Shown here piece by piece: positions 25,969 to 34,637 of a stretch of DNA of 34,686 nt (position 1 is its first letter; the number at the start of each line of letters is the position of its first letter). Made by a program: the position numbers and the translations under genes. The notes beneath the pieces are model-generated. The model was not told where the DNA came from. It made no database searches and worked only from the letters and a program-made list of their open reading frames with translations. The stretch comes from a virus. The stretch lies in IMG/VR virus record IMGVR_UViG_3300045988_076562, positions 1-34,686 of that record; one strand, written 5' to 3'.

Positions 25969-26136
25969 ATGAAATATAACAGACAAAGGTTTTGTGATTG
26001 CAGTGACAAAGAAAAGTTGCGAATCGTAAAGGAGGAATTGGCACTTGAAACACATAACGGAACAACTAAAGCCGATTTGCTTATGTTGCTTGATTGGACA
26101 TATAACAGGCTAATAAAAGGGGATTTGGAGGCGTGA
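25969..26136 (+). CDS. Hypothetical 55-aa protein
   Basis: ATG after ggagg. MKYNRQRFCDCSDKEKL... Confidence 0.5.
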   Translation: MKYNRQRFCDCSDKEKLRIVKEELALETHNGTTKADLLMLLDWTYNRLIKGDLEA

Positions 26137-26139
26137 GGG

Positions 26140-26601
26140 ATGAACATACTAGAAAAGATTTTAGAAGAAATAAAAGAAAAAATTAAATTTGCTGAGAGAA
26201 TGATGGTGGAGGAACCGTGTGACAAGTTAGATGAAATTGCAAATGATACAGCGGAATCATTTATAAGCGCATACGAAGCTTGCGGTGAAATCATCCGCTC
26301 TCACATGGATGAAATCCCAAACTGTGAAGGATGCAGCAGGAGAAAGTGGTATCAAAAAGGATTTGAGGACGGAAAGAAAGATAACGACTGGATTCCGGTA
26401 GAAGAGAAGCTCCCGGAAAATTTAGAAAAAGTCCTTGTTTGGTATGAGTATTTCCGGTATGGAGAATACAATTGCATGTTTAAAACATTTGGTATTGGGT
26501 GGCAACTAGATGGACATTGGAGCGGAGATGTTAGTGGTACGAAAGCACGATGCATAGCATGGCAGCCACTTCCAGAACCATATATCAAGAATCCAAAATA
26601 G
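26140..26601 (+). CDS. DUF551-like protein
   Basis: C-terminal WIPVEEKLPE...VLVW...CIAWQPLPEPY pattern typical of DUF551. Confidence 0.7.
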   Translation: MNILEKILEEIKEKIKFAERMMVEEPCDKLDEIANDTAESFISAYEACGEIIRSHMDEIPNCEGCSRRKWYQKGFEDGKKDNDWIPVEEKLPENLEKVLVWYEYFRYGEYNCMFKTFGIGWQLDGHWSGDVSGTKARCIAWQPLPEPYIKNPK

Positions 26602-26767
26602 ACACGCCTTTAGCATTATAGGCAGCTTGTAGGAATGTATGTATCATATCACTGGTCATTGTCATTCCTTCAGGGATTTGAAAGGAGAATGGATTGTCTG
26701 GAATGGAAAGAAATTCTTGATATAACAGAAATGTTTCGTAAGACTCGTATTTTTGATAATCACACAT
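26585..26767 (-). CDS. Hypothetical 60-aa protein, reverse-oriented with its own promoter
   Basis: ATG 7 nt after aaggagg. Its 3' end overlaps the DUF551 gene by 17 nt. Confidence 0.6.
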   Translation of the reverse strand: MCDYQKYESYETFLLYQEFLSIPDNPFSFQIPEGMTMTSDMIHTFLQAAYNAKGVSILDS

Positions 26768-26804
26768 AGAAATGCCTCCTTAGATAAAAAGAATTGATAA
26801 GCCA

Positions 26805-26833
26805 ATTATAACATTTAAGGAGCACATGGTAAA
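26805..26833 (-). promoter_or_regulatory. Promoter for the reverse-strand gene (TTTACC-17-TGtTATAAT on the minus strand)
   Basis: Extended -10 at 26805-26813 and -35 at 26828-26833. Confidence 0.55.
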
Positions 26834-26895
26834 GGAGTAAGAAAAACCAAAACAGCATATTATAAAGTATCATGGGAAAGAATGGAGAGAATAAA

Positions 26896-27006
26896 ATGAT
26901 AGAAGTAATATTTGCAGTAATGCATCTTATTGGAGTAGGGATGATTCTTTTGGTGACGTTGTTCTTTGGCATCCTTGCCTGGTCTGCCGGGGACGAAAGG
27001 AAGTGA
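26896..27006 (+). CDS. 36-aa hydrophobic peptide with a charged tail
   Basis: MIEVIFAVMHLIGVGMILLVTLFFGILAWSAGDERK. ggagag RBS 6-7 nt upstream. Confidence 0.4.
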   Translation: MIEVIFAVMHLIGVGMILLVTLFFGILAWSAGDERK

Positions 27007-27010
27007 AAAG

Positions 27011-27217
27011 ATGGACCATAGAAGAAACCGAAGACAGATGAAGATAGACCAAGAGCAGCACTACGACGAAATGGAAAGCCATAAAGCACCGGACAATGCC
27101 GTGAAAGCATTTAAACGTCCGGCATATCAAGAGTATAGTGTGAAACAATGTCTGAGAAAATGGGGAGTTGATTTGAGTGGGAAAATTGATGGACAAGCAA
27201 ATACTAAAAAAGCATAA
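27011..27217 (+). CDS. Hypothetical basic protein
   Basis: Start MDHRRNRRQ after aaaggaag. Overlaps the next gene. Confidence 0.45.
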   Translation: MDHRRNRRQMKIDQEQHYDEMESHKAPDNAVKAFKRPAYQEYSVKQCLRKWGVDLSGKIDGQANTKKA

Positions 27218-27599
27218 GGGCAATAAAGAGCGGTTAAAACGACTGGAAGAGAAGATACAAGATCTATGTAGCACGGAAGCAGAAGAAGTGCTGGGGAAAG
27301 TCCGAGGATCAAGCAAAGATTTCCCTTACACCGAAGTCAGGACGTCAGTATTAATGTCTGATCCTTATGAGCAAGAGAAGATTGATAAGCAGATTAGAAA
27401 GGCGGAAGCGGAAAGGATGCTGCTAAAAGCGGATATTGATGAGGTGGATGAGTACATAGAGGCGATAGGAGATCCAGAGATTAAGGAGATATTTGAGCTG
27501 GCATTTGTGGAAGGAAAGAAGCAGCAGGAGGTTGCAGACATCGTTGGATATAGCAGAGGAAGAATTTCACAAATAATTAGTGGATATCTGAAAGATTAA
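27177..27599 (+). CDS. Late-gene transcriptional activator candidate (sigma-70 region-4-like HTH; DUF1492/RinA/ArpU-like position)
   Basis: The C-terminus EIFELAFVEGKKQQEVADIVGYSRGRISQII is a region-4-type HTH. Last regulatory gene before the packaging module. Start is ambiguous (GTG 27177 or ATG 27189). Confidence 0.65.
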   Translation: MGKLMDKQILKKHKGNKERLKRLEEKIQDLCSTEAEEVLGKVRGSSKDFPYTEVRTSVLMSDPYEQEKIDKQIRKAEAERMLLKADIDEVDEYIEAIGDPEIKEIFELAFVEGKKQQEVADIVGYSRGRISQIISGYLKD

Positions 27600-27619
27600 C
27601 ACAATTAACATTTTACATA

Positions 27620-27628
27620 TGTTATAAT
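27620..27628 (+). promoter_or_regulatory. Extended -10 promoter element TGtTATAAT
   Basis: tgttataat directly after the late-regulator stop. No good -35. Confidence 0.4.
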
Positions 27629-27635
27629 TATTCTA

Positions 27636-27657
27636 GAATGATTGTATCTAATCATTC
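27636..27657. promoter_or_regulatory. Perfect inverted repeat gaatgatt-N6-aatcattc
   Basis: 8-bp arms with a 6-nt spacer, at the predicted transcript 5' end. Confidence 0.45.
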
Positions 27658-27688
27658 GCTCTCACAAGTTTTAAATTTAGCTCATGCG

Positions 27689-27720
27689 AAAGCACCTTGT
27701 CAAAGTGATGGGGTGCTTTT
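27689..27720 (+). terminator. Rho-independent terminator
   Basis: aaagcacc...ggtgcttt stem running into tttt. Confidence 0.6.
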
Positions 27721-27800
27721 AGTAATGTTGTATATTGACGAAAAAGAACGTTTGTTCTGAAATAAAGATACTCCACAAGGACGAAAAAGGTCACATTTTG

Positions 27801-27829
27801 TTGAAACGTATTGGAAAGTACGGTAAACT
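27801..27829 (+). promoter_or_regulatory. Candidate promoter of the 305-aa moron (TTGAAA-17-TAAACT)
   Basis: -35 at 27801-27806, 17-nt spacer, -10 at 27824-27829. Confidence 0.45.
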
Positions 27830-27852
27830 GTAAATAGTGTGGAAGAGCGGGT

Positions 27853-27866
27853 AAATTTTAAAATTT
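27853..27866. promoter_or_regulatory. Perfect 14-bp palindrome aaattttaaaattt between the promoter and RBS of the moron
   Basis: Self-complementary by inspection. Candidate operator. Confidence 0.4.
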
Positions 27867-27879
27867 GTGGAGGGAAAGA

Positions 27880-28797
27880 ATGGAACAATATATAAGCTTT
27901 AGAGTGTGCGGATTAGAGCATTGCATTTTGTCAGAACAAAACATAGATGGAATTAGTCAGGAGTTTTTTAAAAAAGTATGCCTGAGTCAAGATAATGAGA
28001 CAAAAGTTTGTAATATAACGTTTTGGATTGATAAATCTATGAGCAAAGAGGAATTTGACGAAAAAAATGATGAAATTATATTCGGAGCAAAGGGAATTAT
28101 CAAGCAAATTATTGGCATGCTTTTGGTGGAAGGATTCGATATACTAGATTATCGAATATCAGAACCATCAATAGGTAATATGGAACCTGGTCATGCAAAG
28201 GTAAAGAGTTCCATTACATTGTATACAATAGATACAGGAATTGAAACGAAAGAGTATCAGAAACAGGGGATTGTTCTTCAAGAAAGCCAGGTAAATAATG
28301 AACAGCAAGAAATTGTTGACATTCTGAGTGTTCCGGATAAAATTACAAGATATGAATTTTTGTTTGAGAAATTAAAGAAAAAGTGTGGAGGAAAGCAGGA
28401 AAAAGTAATTGAAAAAATAAAAAATGAATATAAAGATATTTCTATCAAGAATCATAATATTGATAAAGTTTTTTGGGGTGGAAGGCAAGAATGGCAAGAT
28501 GACTTTTCGTATTTAAGAACATTAATATCTCATGGAAAAGCAGAACATTTTGAAGAAATAAACAAAAGAATTGATAGAGAAACAAATAAAATTATAAAAG
28601 TATTATTTGATTTATCAAAGAAGAATAGACCACAAGATAAGTTGGGCAAGAAAGCAGGTCTGATTTGGAAGAAATGCAAGGTCAATAGGAAAGTAGCTGA
28701 GAAATTTCAGAAAGCCTGCCAAGAAGCAGGTGTTACAATGGAGACACAGCTTACAAAGATGATGAAAGAGTTTATTAAAGAAATGAATAATGAATAA
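27880..28797 (+). CDS. Unknown 305-aa protein (A/T-rich moron) with RHH-like C-terminal segment
   Basis: ATG 5 nt after ggaggg. No recognisable motifs in the first ~250 aa. The C-terminus KCKVNRKVAEKFQKACQEAGVTMETQLTKMMKEFIKE resembles RelB/DinJ-type ribbon-helix-helix. Confidence 0.75.
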   Translation: MEQYISFRVCGLEHCILSEQNIDGISQEFFKKVCLSQDNETKVCNITFWIDKSMSKEEFDEKNDEIIFGAKGIIKQIIGMLLVEGFDILDYRISEPSIGNMEPGHAKVKSSITLYTIDTGIETKEYQKQGIVLQESQVNNEQQEIVDILSVPDKITRYEFLFEKLKKKCGGKQEKVIEKIKNEYKDISIKNHNIDKVFWGGRQEWQDDFSYLRTLISHGKAEHFEEINKRIDRETNKIIKVLFDLSKKNRPQDKLGKKAGLIWKKCKVNRKVAEKFQKACQEAGVTMETQLTKMMKEFIKEMNNE

Positions 28798-28806
28798 CAA
28801 CAGTGG

Positions 28807-28837
28807 AGCATCTGGCGAAAGCCGGGTGCTATTTTTT
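28807..28837 (+). terminator. Rho-independent terminator after the moron
   Basis: agcatctgg-cgaaag-ccgggtgct (two G-U pairs) followed by attttttat. Confidence 0.7.
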
Positions 28838-28867
28838 ATAAGCATATAAGAAGCAGGAGGTAGTGAT

Positions 28868-29197
28868 ATGGGGAAGTTTTATGAGAGTAGGCGATGGAGA
28901 AAGAAAAGGGAACATATATTAAGACGCGATTCATATCAATGCCAAGAGTCGAAGAGATATGGAAAGTATGCGGAAGCAACGACAGTACATCATATCTATC
29001 CATTGGAAGAGTATCCAGATCTTGCGTTGATGGACTGGAATCTCATCAGTATGTCCGCAGCGCAGCATGACCGGATGCATGATAGAAAGACAGATAAGAT
29101 CACGACTGTTGGATTATATTGGCAGAGAAAGAGAAGAAGGGAATTTGAAGCATGGAAAAAATTAAGATGTATAAACTCAAATGGGCAGGCAAAGTAG
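28868..29197 (+). CDS. HNH endonuclease (packaging-associated)
   Basis: WRKKREHILRRDSYQC...TVHHIYPL...WNLISMS..QHDRMH. Lies immediately upstream of the terminase genes. Confidence 0.85.
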   Translation: MGKFYESRRWRKKREHILRRDSYQCQESKRYGKYAEATTVHHIYPLEEYPDLALMDWNLISMSAAQHDRMHDRKTDKITTVGLYWQRKRRREFEAWKKLRCINSNGQAK

Positions 29198-29439
29198 ATG
29201 AGAGTACGAAGGAAGTTGCTGCAATATTGGAAGAAATAGTAAAGACATGTGTTAATAGCCATGCATGCGGGTACGATTCTTGGAACGTGATGTCGAATTG
29301 TCTTGGAGAGATTTTTATATCAATCGTTACGATAAGAAAGGATTCAGCATCGGACATGATTAAATGGATGGAAGAGAAAGCCGCAATGAACTTGAAGATG
29401 AAAGAGATTGAGGTATCCCCCCTCCCTTTTGAAAATTAA
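29152..29439 (+). CDS. Hypothetical protein overlapping the HNH 3' end
   Basis: 95-aa ORF. Alternative start at 29167. Weak RBS. Confidence 0.45.
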   Translation: MEKIKMYKLKWAGKVDESTKEVAAILEEIVKTCVNSHACGYDSWNVMSNCLGEIFISIVTIRKDSASDMIKWMEEKAAMNLKMKEIEVSPLPFEN

Positions 29440-29530
29440 GAATGTCTCAGGAGAATCGGGAGAGAGGACTCTTTCCAATAGCGCGGGATTCTGAAAATAA
29501 ATTTTCCGGCAGGATAGGAGGTGAGAATAG

Positions 29531-29893
29531 ATGGCAAGATACATACCGCAAAGGCAGACGATTATTGATAGGACAGTCAAGTATATGAAAGAACTGGGAA
29601 CCTATAAAGTGCAGTATAAACAGGTGATTGAGATCTACGCAGACATGATCTATCAGTATAATATCTTAAGTAAACAGTTTGAAGAGTCTGGATATGAAGT
29701 GATTCTAGATACAGAGAAAAGCGGGGGTAAAAAAAGCCCTATTCTCGTGAGTCTTGAAAACCTCCGAAAAGATATCGGGACATATTCCGACAGACTGATG
29801 CTGAATGCCAAAACGTACAATGCAGAGATTGAACAGCCGAAAAAAGAGAAATCTGCATTTGCATTATTATTAGAAAAACAGCAAGGGAAGTAA
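29531..29893 (+). CDS. terS: Terminase small subunit (P27-family-like)
   Basis: 120 aa, ggaggtgag RBS, directly precedes and abuts TerL. Confidence 0.8.
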   Translation: MARYIPQRQTIIDRTVKYMKELGTYKVQYKQVIEIYADMIYQYNILSKQFEESGYEVILDTEKSGGKKSPILVSLENLRKDIGTYSDRLMLNAKTYNAEIEQPKKEKSAFALLLEKQQGK

Positions 29894-31681
29894 ATGGACT
29901 TATCCCATATTAACAGTTCGCATTTCGATACGGCTGTGCGTTATGCGGAGGATATCGCAAGCAAGAAAGTTTTAGCAAATATAGACAGAGTACTTGCGTG
30001 CAAGAGATTTCTGGCAGATTTGGAACGCGACGATTTAGAGTTTCGCAGTGATCAATTCGATTTCGTAATTGATTTGATCGAGGGGACTATCCACCACGTA
30101 CAAGGCGAGGACAAGAATGGAGTCAGCTTTAAAGGCACTCCAATGCTATTGACTGATTGGCAGAAGTTTGTCTGTGTAAATTTATTTGGATTCTTTCGAA
30201 AAGGAACAGATATCCGGCGTTTCAATGAGGCGCTTATTTTTTTGCCAAGAAAACAGGGAAAAACATCTTTTAGTGCTGCGCTTGCAGAAGCAAAAAGCAT
30301 TCTGGACAGAGGGTCTGGAGCAAAGACATATATTGTTGCAAACTCTGTAAAACAGACAATGGAGAGTTTTGGATTTTTGGTAGATAATGTTGAAACTTTG
30401 CGTGGAGATGTTGATAAGCTAAGAATCCGAAACAATAACCAAGAACATTCTATCAGTATTGATTTTGGAGACGACGGTACTGCTGAAATGTATGCAATCG
30501 CCAATCAAGAAGATAAGTTAGACTCCTTGAACTGCAACTGTCTGATTCTGGACGAGCTGCATTCTTGGAAAAGAGCCGGGGCAAAAAAATATATTTTAAT
30601 GAAAAATGCCATGAAGGCATATAGAAATAAATTATTGATTGGTATTTCTACTGCCGGAGATATTCCAGATGGATTTCTTGCGAACAGAATCAAAACTTTA
30701 CATGAAGTCTTAAATGGAACGATTACAGATAAGGCGTACGACTCCTATTTTATTTTTATTTGCAAAGCAGATCAGGATAAAGAGGGGAATGTGCTAAACA
30801 GCAAAGGAGAGATCACGACACTAGACGATCCAGAAGTACTGCAGATGTGTACGCCGTCCATTGGAGTTACTGTTACAGTAGATGAACTTTTGGATGATGC
30901 AGCGCAGGCAATGAATGAGCCACAGTTGAGAGCAGAATATTTGAATAAGACATTAAATATCTTTACAAATGCTCTGAACGCATACTTTGATATCAACGAA
31001 TTCAGATCATCTGACGATGAATATAACTGGTCGTTGGAAGAGTTGGCAAAATTGCCGATCACATGGTATGGAGGTGCCGACTTATCAAAACTTCACGATT
31101 TAACAGCCGGCGCAATCTACGGAACATACAAAGATGTCGACATCTGCATCACACACGCTTTCTTTCCAAGGGCTGCTGCAATTAAAAAAGCTGACGAAGA
31201 TGGTATCCCATTGTTTGGTTGGGAAGAAGACGGATGGCTGACAATGAGTAATACAGCGACAGTGCTTCCAGATGATATTGTGAATTGGTTTATCTCTATG
31301 AAAAAGATGGGATTCAAAATAAAGATTGTAGGGTTCGATAAGAAATTTGGACGAGAATTTTTCTTAAAAATGAAAAAGTCTGGATTTAGAATACAGGATC
31401 AGCCGCAGTATTTCTATGTGAAATCCGAGGGATTCCGACATATCGAAGTAAAAGTAAAGAATAAGAAGTTTTATTATCTACATTCGGATGCTTTTGAGTA
31501 TTGCGTACAGAATGTAAGAGCGATTGAGAAAGTAGATGACATGATACAGTACGAAAAAGTAGACGGGGACGGCGGTGTAAGACGAATTGACTTATTTGAT
31601 GCGGGAGTCTTTTCGTGCTGTCAGATGCTAGCGGACATGGCACTAGGGAATGTAGCAAATAAATGGCTTAAGAGAGAATAG
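29894..31681 (+). CDS. terL: Terminase large subunit
   Basis: 595 aa. Walker A-like PRKQGKTS, LILDELH Walker B-like, C-terminal nuclease region. Confidence 0.93.
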   Translation: MDLSHINSSHFDTAVRYAEDIASKKVLANIDRVLACKRFLADLERDDLEFRSDQFDFVIDLIEGTIHHVQGEDKNGVSFKGTPMLLTDWQKFVCVNLFGFFRKGTDIRRFNEALIFLPRKQGKTSFSAALAEAKSILDRGSGAKTYIVANSVKQTMESFGFLVDNVETLRGDVDKLRIRNNNQEHSISIDFGDDGTAEMYAIANQEDKLDSLNCNCLILDELHSWKRAGAKKYILMKNAMKAYRNKLLIGISTAGDIPDGFLANRIKTLHEVLNGTITDKAYDSYFIFICKADQDKEGNVLNSKGEITTLDDPEVLQMCTPSIGVTVTVDELLDDAAQAMNEPQLRAEYLNKTLNIFTNALNAYFDINEFRSSDDEYNWSLEELAKLPITWYGGADLSKLHDLTAGAIYGTYKDVDICITHAFFPRAAAIKKADEDGIPLFGWEEDGWLTMSNTATVLPDDIVNWFISMKKMGFKIKIVGFDKKFGREFFLKMKKSGFRIQDQPQYFYVKSEGFRHIEVKVKNKKFYYLHSDAFEYCVQNVRAIEKVDDMIQYEKVDGDGGVRRIDLFDAGVFSCCQMLADMALGNVANKWLKRE

Positions 31682-31690
31682 GAGATTAAA

Positions 31691-32875
31691 ATGGCTAAGA
31701 AAAAGAAGCAAAAGAGTATCAGATCAGAACCACAGAATAAAGTATTTGTTTATCAGGGAGCTACGTTCTCTGATTTTTTATTGCCGTCAGGATACACAAC
31801 GCTGGCACAGAATCCGGAAATCCGGGCAGCGTGTCAGAAGATTGCTGATCTCGTTTCCGGTATGACAATCCACTTGATGGAGAATGGACCTCATGGAGAT
31901 GTTCGGATTAAGAATGAGTTATCACGAAAGATAGACATCAATCCATATTCTTTGATGACGAGAAAGGCATGGGTCTATAACATTGTGTATTCCATGTTGT
32001 TGCCGGGTGATGGAAATGCTGTTGTCCTCCCTGTAATGAGAGATGGATACATCGATGAGCTCATTCCATTGAAGCCGTCTATGACAAGCTTTGAAGAGAC
32101 TTCGACAGGATACAAGATAATCTACGGCAATGAGGAATATGATCCAAGCGAAGTACTACACTTTGCAATCAATCCCAATCCAGAATATCCTTGGAAGGGT
32201 ACAGGCTACAGACTTGCATTAAAGGATATTGCATCGAATTTGAAACAGGCAAATGCAACTAAGAAATCCTTTATGAGTGGTCAATATATGCCGAACATCA
32301 TCGTGAAAGTAGATGCAGCTACAACAGAGCTTGCCAGCGAAGCAGGAAGAAAACAGATAAAAGAAAAATATTTGAAAGAATCGAAACCGGGCGAACCATG
32401 GATAATACCTGCAGAGCTGTTAGAGGTGTCTGAGGTTAAGCCACTATCTCTAAAAGATATCGCAATTAATGAATCGGTTGAGATTGATAAGAGGACGGTT
32501 GCATCACTTTTGGATGTACCGCCTTTTTTCTTGGGGGTTGGGAGCTTTAATAAGGACGAATATAACAACTTTGTCCGGACTAGGGTAAAGTCGATTGCGG
32601 ATGTTTTCCAGCAAACACTTACGAAAGGATTGATCCAGAGTCCGCATTGGTATTTTAAGTGCAACTCCAAAAGCTTGATGGCTTATGACACTAAGGAGCT
32701 TGCGGAAATTGGCATGAACCTATATATTCGAGGAATTTATACGGGAAATGATGTGCTGAATTTGATAGGAGACTCTCCGAAAGATGGATTGAATGATCTG
32801 ATTATCCTTGAAAACTTTATTCCTCAGGGAATGATTGGAGAGCAGAAGAAATTAAGGGCGGGAGGTGATGAATAG
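31691..32875 (+). CDS. Portal protein (HK97 family-like)
   Basis: 394 aa between TerL and the prohead protease. Confidence 0.9.
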   Translation: MAKKKKQKSIRSEPQNKVFVYQGATFSDFLLPSGYTTLAQNPEIRAACQKIADLVSGMTIHLMENGPHGDVRIKNELSRKIDINPYSLMTRKAWVYNIVYSMLLPGDGNAVVLPVMRDGYIDELIPLKPSMTSFEETSTGYKIIYGNEEYDPSEVLHFAINPNPEYPWKGTGYRLALKDIASNLKQANATKKSFMSGQYMPNIIVKVDAATTELASEAGRKQIKEKYLKESKPGEPWIIPAELLEVSEVKPLSLKDIAINESVEIDKRTVASLLDVPPFFLGVGSFNKDEYNNFVRTRVKSIADVFQQTLTKGLIQSPHWYFKCNSKSLMAYDTKELAEIGMNLYIRGIYTGNDVLNLIGDSPKDGLNDLIILENFIPQGMIGEQKKLRAGGDE

Positions 32876-33456
32876 TGGAGCGAAATAAAGAAAATTTAAC
32901 AAGATCGTGGAAAGCAGAATTTGAAACACGGGAAGCAGAGGACGGGAAGAAAACAATTTCTGGCTATTTCGCTGTGTTTAATTCTGAAACAGAATTGTGG
33001 CCGGGGGCTTACGAAGAAATTGCGCCGGAAGCATTTGACAGCACCATGAGCAATGATATCCGAGCACTGACAAACCACGATGATACACTCGTTCTAGGTA
33101 GAACCAAAGTAGGAACTTTACGCCTCAGAACCGATACAAGAGGTCTTTGGGGAGAAATTGATATCAATGAAAATGATTCAGACGCAATGAACCTGTATGA
33201 GAGGGTGAAACGAGGAGACGTGGATCAGTGTTCATTTGGTTTTAACATTGTGCGCGAGGAAACAGACTGGCGCGATGACGGAACTGTGAAATGGACAATC
33301 CGAGAAGTTGATCTGCACGAAGTGTCTGTATGTACATTCCCAGCTTATGAGGATACAGGCGTGCAGGCGAGGCACGCACAAGTGGAACAGTACCAACAGA
33401 AACAGATGGAACAGTGGCGAAGTAATGCTACAAAGAGATTGAAAGGAGAAAAGTAA
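32875..33456 (+). CDS. Prohead serine protease (HK97 family, S78-like)
   Basis: GTG start coupled to the portal stop. ISGYFAVFNSE...ALTNHD pattern. Confidence 0.88.
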   Translation: MERNKENLTRSWKAEFETREAEDGKKTISGYFAVFNSETELWPGAYEEIAPEAFDSTMSNDIRALTNHDDTLVLGRTKVGTLRLRTDTRGLWGEIDINENDSDAMNLYERVKRGDVDQCSFGFNIVREETDWRDDGTVKWTIREVDLHEVSVCTFPAYEDTGVQARHAQVEQYQQKQMEQWRSNATKRLKGEK

Positions 33457-34634
33457 TGGCTTTAAGACAGTTGATGCTTGCGAAACAGATTGCAGGCAAA
33501 GAAAAAGAATTGGAAGAAATGCGTGGAAAAGACGCAGATTTTGAAACAAGAGAAAAAGAACTGGAAACATCCATCGAAGAAGCGAATACGGAAGAAGAGC
33601 GCTTGGTTGTGGATGACGAGATTACAAAGTTCACAGAAGAAAAAGAAGCTCACGAAGAAAGAAAAAGTGACCTTGAAACAGAAATTGAGGAGCTGCGTGG
33701 GAAAATGAAGGAATATGAAAAAACACCGGAAAGAAGGAGGAAGAAAAAAGAGATGGGCAGAAGAAATGAAGAAGAAATTGAAGAGACAAGAAGTGCAATC
33801 AATGCATTTGTGAAATCAAAGGGGCAAGTAAGAACAGAAGGATTTAAAGAAGCGGAAGCGGGCATCCTAATTCCGGTTGAAATTCTTGCTCCGCAAGAGA
33901 AACCAGAGGATGTTGTAGATCTTAAAAATTATGTAAAAAATGTGAGCGTCAACAGTTCCTCTGGAAAATATCCTGTGATTGCGAAAGCAGGAACAAAAAT
34001 GAGTACAGTTGAAGAGTTGGAGCAGAATCCGGCACTCTCAAGACCTAAAATTTCGAATATTGACTACAGTATCGCAACGAGAAGAGGGTATATTCCGATT
34101 TCTCAGGAAGCGATTGATGATGCCGATTACGATGTTACAGGTCTTATTAGAGATGAGATCAATGACCAGTCTAGAAACACAAGAAATGCTGACATCGCAA
34201 CGGTATTGAAGAGCGCAACGCCAAAAAGTGTTACAGGTCTAGATGGATTGAAAGATTTAGTGAATAAAGAAATCAAAAAAGTATATCCTGTAAAATTCAT
34301 TGTTTCAGCTTCTCTGTACGCAGAGTTAGACAAGTTAAAGGATACGAATGGAAGATATCTGCTGCAAGATTCCATTACTTCTTCAAGCGGAAAGATGTTG
34401 CTTGGTAGAGAGGTGATTATTTTGGATGATGAAATGATTGCAGGTAAAGGAGAACTGAAGGGATTTGTTGGAGATCCGAAATCATTCTGTGCTTTTTTTG
34501 ATCGCAAACAGACAAGTGTTGAATGGGTAGATAATCAAATTTACGGAAAATTACTTGCAGGTATTGTACGGTATGATGTTAAGAAAGCAGATGGGGATGC
34601 GGGATTCTATATCACATACTCGCCGGTGGGGTAA
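33456..34634 (+). CDS. Major capsid protein (HK97 fold) with N-terminal coiled-coil delta domain
   Basis: 392 aa, coupled to the protease. Glu/Lys-rich scaffold-like N-terminus followed by a capsid-like region. Confidence 0.9.
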   Translation: MALRQLMLAKQIAGKEKELEEMRGKDADFETREKELETSIEEANTEEERLVVDDEITKFTEEKEAHEERKSDLETEIEELRGKMKEYEKTPERRRKKKEMGRRNEEEIEETRSAINAFVKSKGQVRTEGFKEAEAGILIPVEILAPQEKPEDVVDLKNYVKNVSVNSSSGKYPVIAKAGTKMSTVEELEQNPALSRPKISNIDYSIATRRGYIPISQEAIDDADYDVTGLIRDEINDQSRNTRNADIATVLKSATPKSVTGLDGLKDLVNKEIKKVYPVKFIVSASLYAELDKLKDTNGRYLLQDSITSSSGKMLLGREVIILDDEMIAGKGELKGFVGDPKSFCAFFDRKQTSVEWVDNQIYGKLLAGIVRYDVKKADGDAGFYITYSPVG

Positions 34635-34637
34635 TTC

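Larger units (their letters stand above)
1..34637. mobile_element. One complete unit of a temperate siphovirus-like phage (possibly phage-plasmid) genome, circularly permuted in this window
   Basis: Tail, lysis, integrase, repressor/Cro, replication, terminase, portal, protease and capsid modules are all present. The window ends repeat its first 49 bases exactly. Confidence 0.85.

Noticed and set aside
5326-26721. CTTGATA pC194-type nick-site matches (about 5326, 11527 and 26715, and TTATCTTGATG near 17560) as the replication origin
   Set aside because: A 7-mer recurs by chance at this frequency, and these copies are inside genes. Only the near-match upstream of rep (19106-19112) is positionally plausible, and even that is unproven.
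26804-27629. The shared 11-mer atgttataatt at 26804-26814 (minus strand) and 27619-27629 (plus strand) as a repeated regulatory element
   Set aside because: Both are simply extended -10 promoter elements. The similarity does not extend beyond the promoter consensus.
9152-29297. Spo0A boxes (TGTCGAA / TTCGACA) as targets of the phage Spo0A-like protein
   Set aside because: I found four copies on both strands (9152, 18044, 25017, 29291). That is about the number expected by chance for a 7-mer in a window of this size. All but one are inside coding sequence, so there is no enrichment.
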